Positions 45,458-53,877 of a DNA stretch of 64,000 nt are shown piece by piece. The notes below the pieces were generated by a model. That model did no database searches. It was not told the DNA's origin and saw nothing but the letters and a program-made list of their open reading frames with translations. The stretch is taken from contig QWHN01000003.1 of the NCBI GenBank assembly GCA_021404905.1, positions 23,080 through 87,079 of the forward strand, read 5' to 3'. The translations under genes and the position numbers were made by a program. The stretch is from Candidatus Saccharibacteria bacterium CPR2. Its GTDB lineage: Bacteria > Patescibacteriota > Saccharimonadia > Saccharimonadales > QWHN01. Position 1 is the first letter of the stretch, and each line of letters starts with the position of its first letter.

Positions 45458-46624
45458 ATGTCCAAAATCGTAAAAGTAATCCCGCTTTTTAATGCAATAA
45501 CTGGCACAACCGCAAGTACCTCCTATGTAGCCATCTCAGCGCAACCTATAGTTTACTGGGACAACGATGCCTACGATGGAACTGTTGAAGTGTATTTTGA
45601 GGCTGTTTTATCTACGACCTCAGGAGGAACAGCATATGCTCAAGCCTACACCAATGCTGGTTCTGCGGTGACTGGCGCCGAAGTAACCACTACGTCAACG
45701 ACTGCGACCAGAGTGCGTAGTGGCGATATAAAATCTAACCTTTCCGATAATACCGACTATGTTTTTCGCATAAAAGCAAGTTCTGGCGCGACTACCACGG
45801 TACATACGGCAAGACTGATCGTGGTTCAAAGCGGAATAGTTACGAAAACCGAAACGCAAATATCACTTGCCGGACAGTATGCGAGCACAACCAGCACCAG
45901 TGTAGTAGACCGTGGATATACTTATCTATTTTACTACGATAGTGCTCAGTTTGACGGGACCGTAACCATATATTTAGAATCAACTGGAGCAAGGACTGGA
46001 TTCGGTTCTAATTACCACTTTACGTTTTTATACGACACGTCAAATAACTTTGTTTCAGACTCTACGTTAACTTTCAATAACAACGCATATTATAGAAAGC
46101 GCTCATCGGCCATTTCACTTACGGATGGCTTAACTTATAAGGTGCGATTCCGCACTACGTCCGCATTTAGTACGGCACAAAGCGGCGACGCGCGTTTAAT
46201 TGTGCAGCAGTCTGACTTTACCAAAACGGAAACGCATTACACAATTAGAACTTCAGAACAAACTGATACAACAACTGCCGGATCAAACCTCAACGGTTAT
46301 ATTTATTGGGATAATGACGAATGGAGCGTAGTAAAAAACACCATTTATTATGAGTCTACTCTTTCAATATCAGACGGCACGAAAACCGCGTATCTGGACT
46401 TAAATGACGGTACGAGCGATTTGGTGACAAACAGCACTTCGTCTACCTCGAAAACCAGAGTTAGGAGTAGTGCCATAACGCCGTCGGACAACACAACATA
46501 CGACGCTCAACTTAGCATAAGCGCGACAACAGCCACAGCCACTTCAAACGGTCCACGGTTGATAGTCCAGTCCATAATTACCAATCCATACGGCAATCCG
46601 CCTTTTTACGGAATGAATTTTTAA
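45458..46624 (+). CDS. Hypothetical protein made of three ~125-aa tandem repeats
   Basis: Each repeat ends ARLIVVQS / ARLIVQQS / PRLIVQS and contains a Y(W/Y)D(N/S)(D/A) block. No signal peptide. Confidence 0.6.
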   Translation: MSKIVKVIPLFNAITGTTASTSYVAISAQPIVYWDNDAYDGTVEVYFEAVLSTTSGGTAYAQAYTNAGSAVTGAEVTTTSTTATRVRSGDIKSNLSDNTDYVFRIKASSGATTTVHTARLIVVQSGIVTKTETQISLAGQYASTTSTSVVDRGYTYLFYYDSAQFDGTVTIYLESTGARTGFGSNYHFTFLYDTSNNFVSDSTLTFNNNAYYRKRSSAISLTDGLTYKVRFRTTSAFSTAQSGDARLIVQQSDFTKTETHYTIRTSEQTDTTTAGSNLNGYIYWDNDEWSVVKNTIYYESTLSISDGTKTAYLDLNDGTSDLVTNSTSSTSKTRVRSSAITPSDNTTYDAQLSISATTATATSNGPRLIVQSIITNPYGNPPFYGMNF

Positions 46625-46651
46625 AGACTCTGAGTATTATATTATTTAGTT

Positions 46652-47590
46652 ATGCTGAGGGCATCTAACCAAATTGCTAAGTCGGTGATTATCATTATTT
46701 TTGTATTTTTGTTTCAAGCGCCAAATATCTCGTTTGCGCAAAACGAACCCAGCAAAGAGGGTATAGAACTAAAACCATCGAGACTCAACTACCAGCTTAG
46801 TCCTGGAGACAAAAGCGGAGACAAGTTAACCATAAAGAATCTTGGCACTTTAAGCGTTAATATAAAATTCTACTTAGAGCCGTACGGCCTGGAGGGTGAA
46901 CAATACGAACAAAAGTTCGAAAAATTGCCGGGTTGGAAAACGGCTGAGGAATGGATAAGTTTTGATAAAGACGAAATTGAGTTGAATCCTGATGAAGAAA
47001 AAACCGTATTGATTAATATTAATGTTCCCGGTAATGCTGAGGTCGGAGGCCACTACGGCGCTATTTTCGCTGAAACAACCCCGAAAGATAGCCAAACCGA
47101 AAGCATAAAAACGTCAAAACGAGTCGGCGCGCTGGTGTATTTTGAAATAGGAGGCGAATTAACTAAAAACTTAAGCGTTGAAAGTTATAGTTCAAAGTGG
47201 TGGAGCAAGAATAATACGCTAGAGTACAATTTACGCATAAAAAATTCTGGTAATACTCACGCGTTAACTAACACAACACTTTATGCCAAGCGATTTGGAT
47301 TTGGCTCATGGAGCGTGGAGAAGAAAGCAAATATTTTTCCCGGCACTATTCGCAAAATAGATATGAATATTTCTGATCTGTCGCCCGGACTTTATCGCGT
47401 CAGAGCCAAGGTAAGCGCCGATGGCCTTCAAGAAGAAACTGGAACAAGATGGGTGTTGGTAGCCTCCGTTTGGCAGATAGCATTGGCCGCACTTCTGTTA
47501 ATAGCGATAACGACCTTGATAGTTAATAAATTGAAAAACAAAAAAACACCAGCCAAGGACAGAAAACAGCAATTGGAAACTAGAATCTAG
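46652..47590 (+). CDS. DUF916/DUF3324-like cell-surface protein with C-terminal TM anchor (paralogue 1)
   Basis: Signal peptide, two beta-sandwich-like halves (IELKPSRLNYQLSPGD..LTIKNLG; GGHYGAIFAE; VGALVYFEIGGE; SPGLYRVRAKV), TM helix VWQIALAALLLIAITTLIV, and a basic tail. Confidence 0.5.
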   Translation: MLRASNQIAKSVIIIIFVFLFQAPNISFAQNEPSKEGIELKPSRLNYQLSPGDKSGDKLTIKNLGTLSVNIKFYLEPYGLEGEQYEQKFEKLPGWKTAEEWISFDKDEIELNPDEEKTVLININVPGNAEVGGHYGAIFAETTPKDSQTESIKTSKRVGALVYFEIGGELTKNLSVESYSSKWWSKNNTLEYNLRIKNSGNTHALTNTTLYAKRFGFGSWSVEKKANIFPGTIRKIDMNISDLSPGLYRVRAKVSADGLQEETGTRWVLVASVWQIALAALLLIAITTLIVNKLKNKKTPAKDRKQQLETRI

Positions 47591-47733
47591 AATCTGGAAT
47601 CTAGAATCTAGTAAAAAGTTATCAAGTTCATAAAGTTGGAGATAGCAATTAGCAACTAGGAATTAGTTTTTAAAAATATACTATTTTCTATTTCCTAATT
47701 GCTGTTTCCTAATTTCTATACGCTATACTTCAT
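47581..47733. repeat. TAGAATC tandem run followed by a family A palindromic intergenic repeat
   Basis: tagaatctagaatctggaatctagaatctag (47581-47611), then GCAATTAGCAACTAGGAATTAGTTTTTAAAAATATACTATTTTCTATTTCCTAATTGCTGTTTCCTAATTTC. Confidence 0.85.
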
Positions 47734-47735
47734 AC

Positions 47736-48278
47736 TCAATCCGTTTCTGGAGTAACTGTGTATTGAATCGTATCCGTAAATTGTCCGGCGGCTGTCGCGA
47801 GAGTGGCTTTGACGCCGTATGTCACGGTTGTTACATCACCAGACGTAAAGGGCCCGTTCGCGTCTTTGAGCAACACGTTTGACGTAGTTACACCAACAAA
47901 ATCGCTTGAACCGTCCGTATTGTAACCCCAAGTGTCGTTTGCCAAAGCCGCCGGAGATCCATTAGCGCTGGCTGGAATATTAAAACTCCCGTTTACGAGA
48001 TTGGTGTTCGCGTCCTTATCTTTTATGTAGAGTTTATAACCAATGACGTCGCTGCTGGTAACGGTCACTGTGTCGGTAGAAGTCGACAAAACGCCGGATG
48101 TCGACGGGGTGAGGTTGATTGTAATTGAGCCGGAAGTCGTAAGAGAAATAGAGGTTTCATCGCCATAAGGCACATTGGCGTTATAGATTCCGCTGCCATA
48201 TGGATTCGCATTTACATTGCCAATAAAAAAAACGGTTACTACTAGAATAAATGACAGGGTTAGAACCAACGCACGCAT
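47736..48278 (-). CDS. Secreted Thr/Ser-rich beta protein, small fimbrial-subunit-like paralogue
   Basis: Signal peptide MRALVLTLSFILVVTVFFIGNVNA. The C-terminal block AAGQFTDTIQYTVTPE is related to the C-termini of the 48344 and 49458 proteins. Confidence 0.55.
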   Translation of the reverse strand: MRALVLTLSFILVVTVFFIGNVNANPYGSGIYNANVPYGDETSISLTTSGSITINLTPSTSGVLSTSTDTVTVTSSDVIGYKLYIKDKDANTNLVNGSFNIPASANGSPAALANDTWGYNTDGSSDFVGVTTSNVLLKDANGPFTSGDVTTVTYGVKATLATAAGQFTDTIQYTVTPETD

Positions 48279-48343
48279 AGTTATTACTGTTAATATATCA
48301 CATTAAGCATAATTATTTTTTCAAAATTAGCTATAATAAATGC

Positions 48344-49381
48344 ATGAGAAGAGTATTTGGGATTGCTGGGTTATCCTTGCTGGTTGTTTTGGGTACTCTG
48401 GTTAATATTCTTTCCATGCCAAATCAAGCCAGAGCGGATGTTATCGCGGATAGAGTGATGTCTCTAACCAGTACGGCCGCTGGCGTTAGTGGAGTTGTAT
48501 ACACGTTTTCGTTCGATGTTCCTTCGACAACCATAATTAAATCTTTTAAAGCCGAGATATGCACTACTGCCAGTGGTACCTGTACTCCCCCGTCTGACTT
48601 TAGCGCCTTGTCCGCGGACTTAAATTCTCAGCCCAGCGGCTTTGGCGATGCTAGCGGATGGACTGACGAAAGCCTCACAGGAGCGATGAGAATGAAAAAC
48701 TCTACCAACTCCAGTTCTCCTGGTGCCACTCAATCCGTCGCCTTCAATACGGTTACCAACCCTTCCGATATGGCAACATCCTTTTTCGCGCGCATTTATA
48801 CGTACTCTGACGATTCTTACACGACTTTGATTGATGGTGGCACAATTGTATCGCCTACGGGCGAAGACAGTGTTTTGACAGTCAATGTAGACGAAGTTAT
48901 GTCATTTTGTATTTATACTGGCGCAAATTGTGCTGCCGGTGGATATTCGGTAAGCCTTGGTGCTATTTCAATATCAACGACCGGCTTCGGTACCAGTAAA
49001 ATGGATGTTGCAACTAACGCGGGAAGCGGTTTTAACATCACGGTTTCAGGTAATACGCTGAGCTCGGCATCGGATAGCATTATTGCTTTGGCATCTCAAA
49101 CTGCTTCTTCAGTTGGATCTAGCCAGTTTGGAATAAACTTGGTGGATAACGTTAACCCAGACGTCGGTAGCTTTAGAACGGGCGACACCAATGCGAACCC
49201 AACCAATAGCTATGACGACATTGATCTTTATAAATTTGTCAGCGGAGAAACAATTGCAAGCTCTACTCAACCCACAAACACCTCAACTTTTACAGTCGCC
49301 TACATTGCCAACATTGCCTCCGACACGGAAGCGGGAAGTTATTCTACCACTCTAACATACAACTGCTCGGCAACTTTTTAA
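48344..49381 (+). CDS. Secreted fimbrial/SCPU-like subunit paralogue
   Basis: Signal peptide ending QARA. VDEVMSFCIY..., SSQFGINL, and the C-terminus FTVAYIANIASDTEAGSYSTTLTYNCSATF. Confidence 0.55.
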   Translation: MRRVFGIAGLSLLVVLGTLVNILSMPNQARADVIADRVMSLTSTAAGVSGVVYTFSFDVPSTTIIKSFKAEICTTASGTCTPPSDFSALSADLNSQPSGFGDASGWTDESLTGAMRMKNSTNSSSPGATQSVAFNTVTNPSDMATSFFARIYTYSDDSYTTLIDGGTIVSPTGEDSVLTVNVDEVMSFCIYTGANCAAGGYSVSLGAISISTTGFGTSKMDVATNAGSGFNITVSGNTLSSASDSIIALASQTASSVGSSQFGINLVDNVNPDVGSFRTGDTNANPTNSYDDIDLYKFVSGETIASSTQPTNTSTFTVAYIANIASDTEAGSYSTTLTYNCSATF

Positions 49382-49457
49382 TTTTAATTTAAGGTTGACT
49401 AGTAGCATTATTTTACATTATTCTTAAACCATAAGAGAAAAGGATGCCGTGAGGGGT

Positions 49458-50513
49458 ATGAAATCAAAAAGAATTAGATATTCGGCATTGTTGTTGGCGG
49501 TTCTGCTTGTTGTAGCGCAGCTCGTGTTTATAACGGACAAAGGCGAGGCGGCTGCAACAACTTCAAAATCCGACATTTTATCTCGGCTGAAAACCAGTAC
49601 GGCTGCGAACCATGAAATAAAATTTGTTACTCCAAGTGGTGTTGATGCTGGGGAGACGATCACGTTAACGTTCGATGCTGGATTCAGCATGGGCTCAGTC
49701 GCGTTTGGAGATATAGATTTGGCGGAAGATAGTGACAATGATTGTACTAATGGCGGTTTTAGCGACAAAACTTTGGCCGCAACTCCCTCGGGAGCTACTT
49801 GGGGAGCAGCTATATCCGGGCAGGTTTTAACCTTCACGAGTGGTACGGGGACGATTACCGCGGACAGGTGTGTCCAAGTAGAAATTGGCACCAATGCTTC
49901 CGGCGGTAGTAATCAAATTACGAACCCAGGCACTGGTGGCACTAAAGAGGTAAACATTGGTGGCACATTTGGGGATACTGGCGATATAGCGGTCGTAATA
50001 CTCAGTGATGATCAAGTTGTTGTTACGGCAACAGTTGATGAGTCTATGACTTTCAGTATTTCGGACAATACCATAGAATTTGGCACATTGTCTGCCAGTG
50101 ATGATTTCTTCGCTGATGATTCCGGAGGTAACGCGACGGAAGTAGAAGCCCATAACCTTGTGGCTGGGACTAATGCTTCGGGTGGGTATGGTATTACCAT
50201 AAACGGTAGTACGCTAACTGCGGGCGCGTATACCATTGATGCGATTGGCGCTTCAAACACTGCCTCCGCTACAGGGACGGAACAATATGGTATTCGCATG
50301 ACTGCATCGGGTGGGTCAGGTACTGTCAGTACTCCTTATGCTGCAGCGGGTTTTGCTCTTGATACTGGTTCCTTCCCAGATCAAGTGGCGTCCTCGACCG
50401 GCGCGTCTGCTAACACGACTTATTCTGTGCGCTATCTCGCTAATATAGCGTCAAACACTGAAGCTGGTGCATATAGCGCCACTATGACATACGTAGCAAC
50501 CGCGATTTTTTAG
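49458..50513 (+). CDS. Secreted fimbrial/SCPU-like subunit paralogue
   Basis: Signal peptide. VDESMTFSISDNTIEFGTL, TEQYGIRM, and the C-terminus YSVRYLANIASNTEAGAYSATMTYVATAIF, parallel to the 48344 protein. Confidence 0.55.
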   Translation: MKSKRIRYSALLLAVLLVVAQLVFITDKGEAAATTSKSDILSRLKTSTAANHEIKFVTPSGVDAGETITLTFDAGFSMGSVAFGDIDLAEDSDNDCTNGGFSDKTLAATPSGATWGAAISGQVLTFTSGTGTITADRCVQVEIGTNASGGSNQITNPGTGGTKEVNIGGTFGDTGDIAVVILSDDQVVVTATVDESMTFSISDNTIEFGTLSASDDFFADDSGGNATEVEAHNLVAGTNASGGYGITINGSTLTAGAYTIDAIGASNTASATGTEQYGIRMTASGGSGTVSTPYAAAGFALDTGSFPDQVASSTGASANTTYSVRYLANIASNTEAGAYSATMTYVATAIF

Positions 50514-50572
50514 GTTTTCATTAAAAATAATGAGACAGCCTAATTCATTTGCTACAATGTTGTGAGATTGTT

Positions 50573-51613
50573 ATGAAGAATATACTTCTAAGGTATTCTC
50601 TGGTTCTAATCGGGGCTTCGATTGGTCTATTGCTGTTTTTGCAAATAAATAATGTCAATGCCGCGCAAAGTATTACTCAAGGTCAGGGGTTTGAGATATC
50701 TCCACCGCTTATTGATCTTGCGACGAATCCAGGCAGGAAAATCCCAGTCAAGCTAAAACTCACTAATATTACGGATGCCAGCTTTAGGGTATCCGCAAAA
50801 GTTTATGATTTTGAACCAAAAGGGGAAACCGGTACGGCGAGCATCATAGAGGATCCTAATATAGAACCTCCTTTTTCGCTCAAAGCCTGGGTATCTGAGG
50901 TTGATGAGTTTGATTTCGCTCCAAAAGAAAAAAAGGAAATTGATATAACAATAGATGTTCCGGAAAACGCTGAGCCTGGTGGACATTTTGGGCTGATACG
51001 CTTCTCAGGGAAATTACCCGAAGTAGGCGAAGGCCAAGTGGGTCTGTCTGCCAGTATAGACAGTTTGATACTGCTAAAAGTTGCAGGTGAGACGAATGAA
51101 CGTTTGTTCGTCAAGGAATTTTACAGCGGGCCGAGTCACGGCACGCTTAAAAAACAAAAGTTTTTCGAAAAAGCGAATTTGGTTTTCGCGACTCGTCTTG
51201 AAAACGAAGGTAATGTACATGTTAAACCGGTTGGAAATATCGAAATATTTAATGTGCTAAATAAAAAAGTTGCGAATATTGAATTCAATAACACCGGCGG
51301 GAATGTTTTGCCAGGTAGTATTCGCAGATTTGAAAATAACTTTGAAGGGCGTAATATGTTTGGGCCGTATAAAGCCCAGCTAACACTTACCTATGGCGCA
51401 GGAAACACTTTATCATCAGAAAAAATTTTATTCTGGATTTTACCCTATAAAATAATTGCTCTAATCAGTGCAATAATAATTCTTTTAGCCTTAATTATCA
51501 CCAAATTCGTCAAAAGATACCGAAAATACGCCAGGATTGCCAAGAAGGCTGAAGAAGCGAAGGATGATAAAGAAGAAACTAAAAACAAAAAGAAAAAAAC
51601 TGAGAAAAAGTAA
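50573..51613 (+). CDS. DUF916/DUF3324-like cell-surface protein with C-terminal TM anchor (paralogue 2)
   Basis: Same architecture as 46652-47590: FEISPPLIDLATNPGRKIPVKLKLTNIT, GGHFGLIRFSG, SLILLKVAGE, TM helix IIALISAIIILLALIITKFV, and a Lys-rich tail. Confidence 0.5.
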   Translation: MKNILLRYSLVLIGASIGLLLFLQINNVNAAQSITQGQGFEISPPLIDLATNPGRKIPVKLKLTNITDASFRVSAKVYDFEPKGETGTASIIEDPNIEPPFSLKAWVSEVDEFDFAPKEKKEIDITIDVPENAEPGGHFGLIRFSGKLPEVGEGQVGLSASIDSLILLKVAGETNERLFVKEFYSGPSHGTLKKQKFFEKANLVFATRLENEGNVHVKPVGNIEIFNVLNKKVANIEFNNTGGNVLPGSIRRFENNFEGRNMFGPYKAQLTLTYGAGNTLSSEKILFWILPYKIIALISAIIILLALIITKFVKRYRKYARIAKKAEEAKDDKEETKNKKKKTEKK

Positions 51614-51713
51614 GAGAGCAAAGAACAAAACAGGGTAAGGCAAATTTGGGATTATACGTGTTATAATCTTTTTAGCTTAGTCTAGTAAACAAAAATCTAA
51701 GCAAAAACAAAAA

Positions 51714-52616
51714 ATGCTAGTTTTAAAGAAAATAATTCCACCGTTTTTTTTCTTGTTTGTTTTTTTGGTAAATTTTGGCAATGTCTTCGCGCTTGATACG
51801 ACTGTAACGGCCTATGTAAATCCCACTGCTCCACCTCTAGCGCCAGTTATCACAAGCCCTCTAAATACGGAAGTGACTTATACTGACTCACCCAATATTT
51901 TGGTAGAAGGAAATAGCGAGAGCTTCGCGACAATAAAGGTGTATGTTAATTCTGTTTATAGGGGCGAAGTTACCGCTGCGAACGGTGGACTGTTTAGTAT
52001 CAGCACACCTCTATATTTGGGGCAAAATATCATTTATGTTACAGCAACAAATAATCTTGGCACTAGTCCGCCTTCCGATACGGTAGAGGTTTTTAGAGAC
52101 GCGCCACCCGCACAACCAGCCCAGCCTTCTGGAGTGGATGAAAGCTCACAGCCGGTTGCAGAGCAAACAACTCCGAGGGAACCGGCTGGTGCAGATAAAA
52201 CACCAAGTGCGCCTACTATAGAATCCATTAATGACGGTGATAAAACCAGTTCATATAATATTGTTGTCAGTGGCCACGCGAACGGAGCTGACAGCGTAGA
52301 GATATATGTCAATGGTGGGCTGGTTGCTAAGATTTTTCTTGACGAAGATGGATTTTATAGCGCACTGGTAGCACTCAAGAAAGGCGACAATTTCATAGAA
52401 GTGTATGCTATTAACAAATACGGCAAGAGTTTGTCTGCGAGGGTAAGTATTGTAGTAGAAGATAAAGAAAAAGATAAAAATCCGATCACAACCCTTTATA
52501 TATCACCAGATTATTTGGAGGAAATTTTGTTAATAATTTGTTACACTCTACTTGCGATTTTGGCATTAATGTCGCTGAAAAAACGGCAAAAAAGTTTTGG
52601 GTACCCTAAACATTAA
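51714..52616 (+). CDS. Membrane-anchored protein with two Ig-like domains
   Basis: Signal peptide. Two ~90-aa repeats (SPNILVEGNSESFATIKVYVNS...NIIYVTATN; YNIVVSGHANGADSVEIYVNG...NFIEVYAIN), a Pro/Ala linker and a C-terminal TM plus KKRQK. Confidence 0.55.
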   Translation: MLVLKKIIPPFFFLFVFLVNFGNVFALDTTVTAYVNPTAPPLAPVITSPLNTEVTYTDSPNILVEGNSESFATIKVYVNSVYRGEVTAANGGLFSISTPLYLGQNIIYVTATNNLGTSPPSDTVEVFRDAPPAQPAQPSGVDESSQPVAEQTTPREPAGADKTPSAPTIESINDGDKTSSYNIVVSGHANGADSVEIYVNGGLVAKIFLDEDGFYSALVALKKGDNFIEVYAINKYGKSLSARVSIVVEDKEKDKNPITTLYISPDYLEEILLIICYTLLAILALMSLKKRQKSFGYPKH

Positions 52617-52661
52617 AGGGGCCGTAGCCCTCCGATGGTTGGCGGATGGCTAGAGTTTTCT

Positions 52662-52736
52662 GGGGTCGTCGTATAACGGCTAGTACGTATCCATGGCATG
52701 GATAAAATGGGAGTTCGATTCTCCCCGACTCCACCA
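52662..52736 (+). tRNA. tRNA-Ala(GGC)
   Basis: Acceptor GGGGTCG/CGACTCC with the G3:U70 alanine identity pair, anticodon loop ATGGCAT, T-loop TTCGATT, CCA. Confidence 0.85.
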
Positions 52737-52756
52737 ATAGAAACTTGTATTCTAAG

Positions 52757-52831
52757 GGGCCGGTAGCTCAGAGGCAGAGCATCGCATTCGCATTGCGGGG
52801 GTCGTGGGTTCAATTCCCACTCGGTCCACCA
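52757..52831 (+). tRNA. tRNA-Ala(CGC)
   Basis: Acceptor GGGCCGG/TCGGTCC with G3:U70, anticodon loop TTCGCAT, T-loop TTCAATT, CCA. Confidence 0.88.
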
Positions 52832-52912
52832 GCGCGACTAATTAAGGGCTAAAGAGCTTTTGCATTTATCATATACCCAGAGTTATACTTGAATAAGTAA
52901 AAGGGTGATGTT

Positions 52913-53683
52913 ATGGAATGGATAATAGCAATTTTATCGCCAATTTTCCTTATTATTTTTTTGGTGATTATATCTGGAATACGCATCATCAACCAATATG
53001 AACGCGGGGTCATACTAACGCTTGGCCGTTATAGCGGCACACGTCATCCCGGATTAAACATAATAATCCCAGTAATCCAACAGTTAATTAAAGTAGACAT
53101 GCGTCTTGCGACAGTTGACATACCGGGGCAAGAAGTGATAACTCGAGATAATGTAACGATAGGTATAGACGCGGTTGTATACTTTAGGGTAAAAAATGCC
53201 GAACAGGCAGTGCTTGAAGTTCAGAATTTTAGGCTTGCGACTGTTCAGTATGCTCAAGCCGCGATGCGCGACGTAGTTGGAGGCGTAAATATGGACACCT
53301 TACTTTCCGAACGTGAACGAGTCACGGAAGATATAAAAAACATTGTTGATATAGAAACAGAACAATGGGGGATAGATATTGAAAGCATTAAAGTCCAAAA
53401 CGTAGAACTTCCTCAAGACATGAAACGCGCGATGGCAAAACAAGCGGAAGCAGAGCGAGAACGGCGAGCCGTGATTATTAATGCCGAAGGTGAATACGCA
53501 GCAGCCCAGAAAATTGCCGAAGCTGCTCACGTACTTAGTAGTGTCCCTGGCGCCATGAACCTGCGAACACTGGAGACTTTGGAAAAAATTTCCGTTGAAA
53601 AATCACAAAAAACTCTGTTCGTACTACCTACCGACCTGTACGATACAACCACGCGCGTGGCCAGCCTGGACGCATCTGACTAG
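52913..53683 (+). CDS. SPFH/Band-7 (stomatin/prohibitin-like) membrane protein
   Basis: N-terminal TM, RIINQYERGVILTLGRY, and a C-terminal AKQAEAERERRA coiled region. Confidence 0.88.
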   Translation: MEWIIAILSPIFLIIFLVIISGIRIINQYERGVILTLGRYSGTRHPGLNIIIPVIQQLIKVDMRLATVDIPGQEVITRDNVTIGIDAVVYFRVKNAEQAVLEVQNFRLATVQYAQAAMRDVVGGVNMDTLLSERERVTEDIKNIVDIETEQWGIDIESIKVQNVELPQDMKRAMAKQAEAERERRAVIINAEGEYAAAQKIAEAAHVLSSVPGAMNLRTLETLEKISVEKSQKTLFVLPTDLYDTTTRVASLDASD

Positions 53684-53812
53684 AAAATTTTTTAGCGGTA
53701 CAACGGATTGAAATTTTTCTGTATAATTAGTCTGCTCAACTCTTATTTAAAAAGGAGTAGTGTTTAACATTTGGCAGTTAGCATTAAGCATTAATTTGTC
53801 ATTGAACAATGG

Positions 53813-53877
53813 TCATTGATAATTTATTGAAAACTGTAAACTGTTAATTGAAAAGTGTTTTTGCACAGCAAAAACGA
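53813..53877 (+). promoter_or_regulatory. AT-rich upstream module (family E) ending at the 5' end of the tRNA-like sequence
   Basis: TCATTGATAATTTATTGAAAACTGTAAACTGTTAATTGAAAAGTG... aligns at about 75% with 55315-55377 upstream of tRNA-Gly and partly with 9300-9345. Confidence 0.5.

Noticed and set aside
52613-52813. 66-aa minus-strand ORF, and the tRNA-like start GGGGCCGTAGCCC at 52617
   Set aside because: The ORF overlaps two well-folded tRNA-Ala genes. The GGGGCCGTAGCCC stretch cannot be completed into a cloverleaf and looks like a short fragment of a tRNA 5' end.
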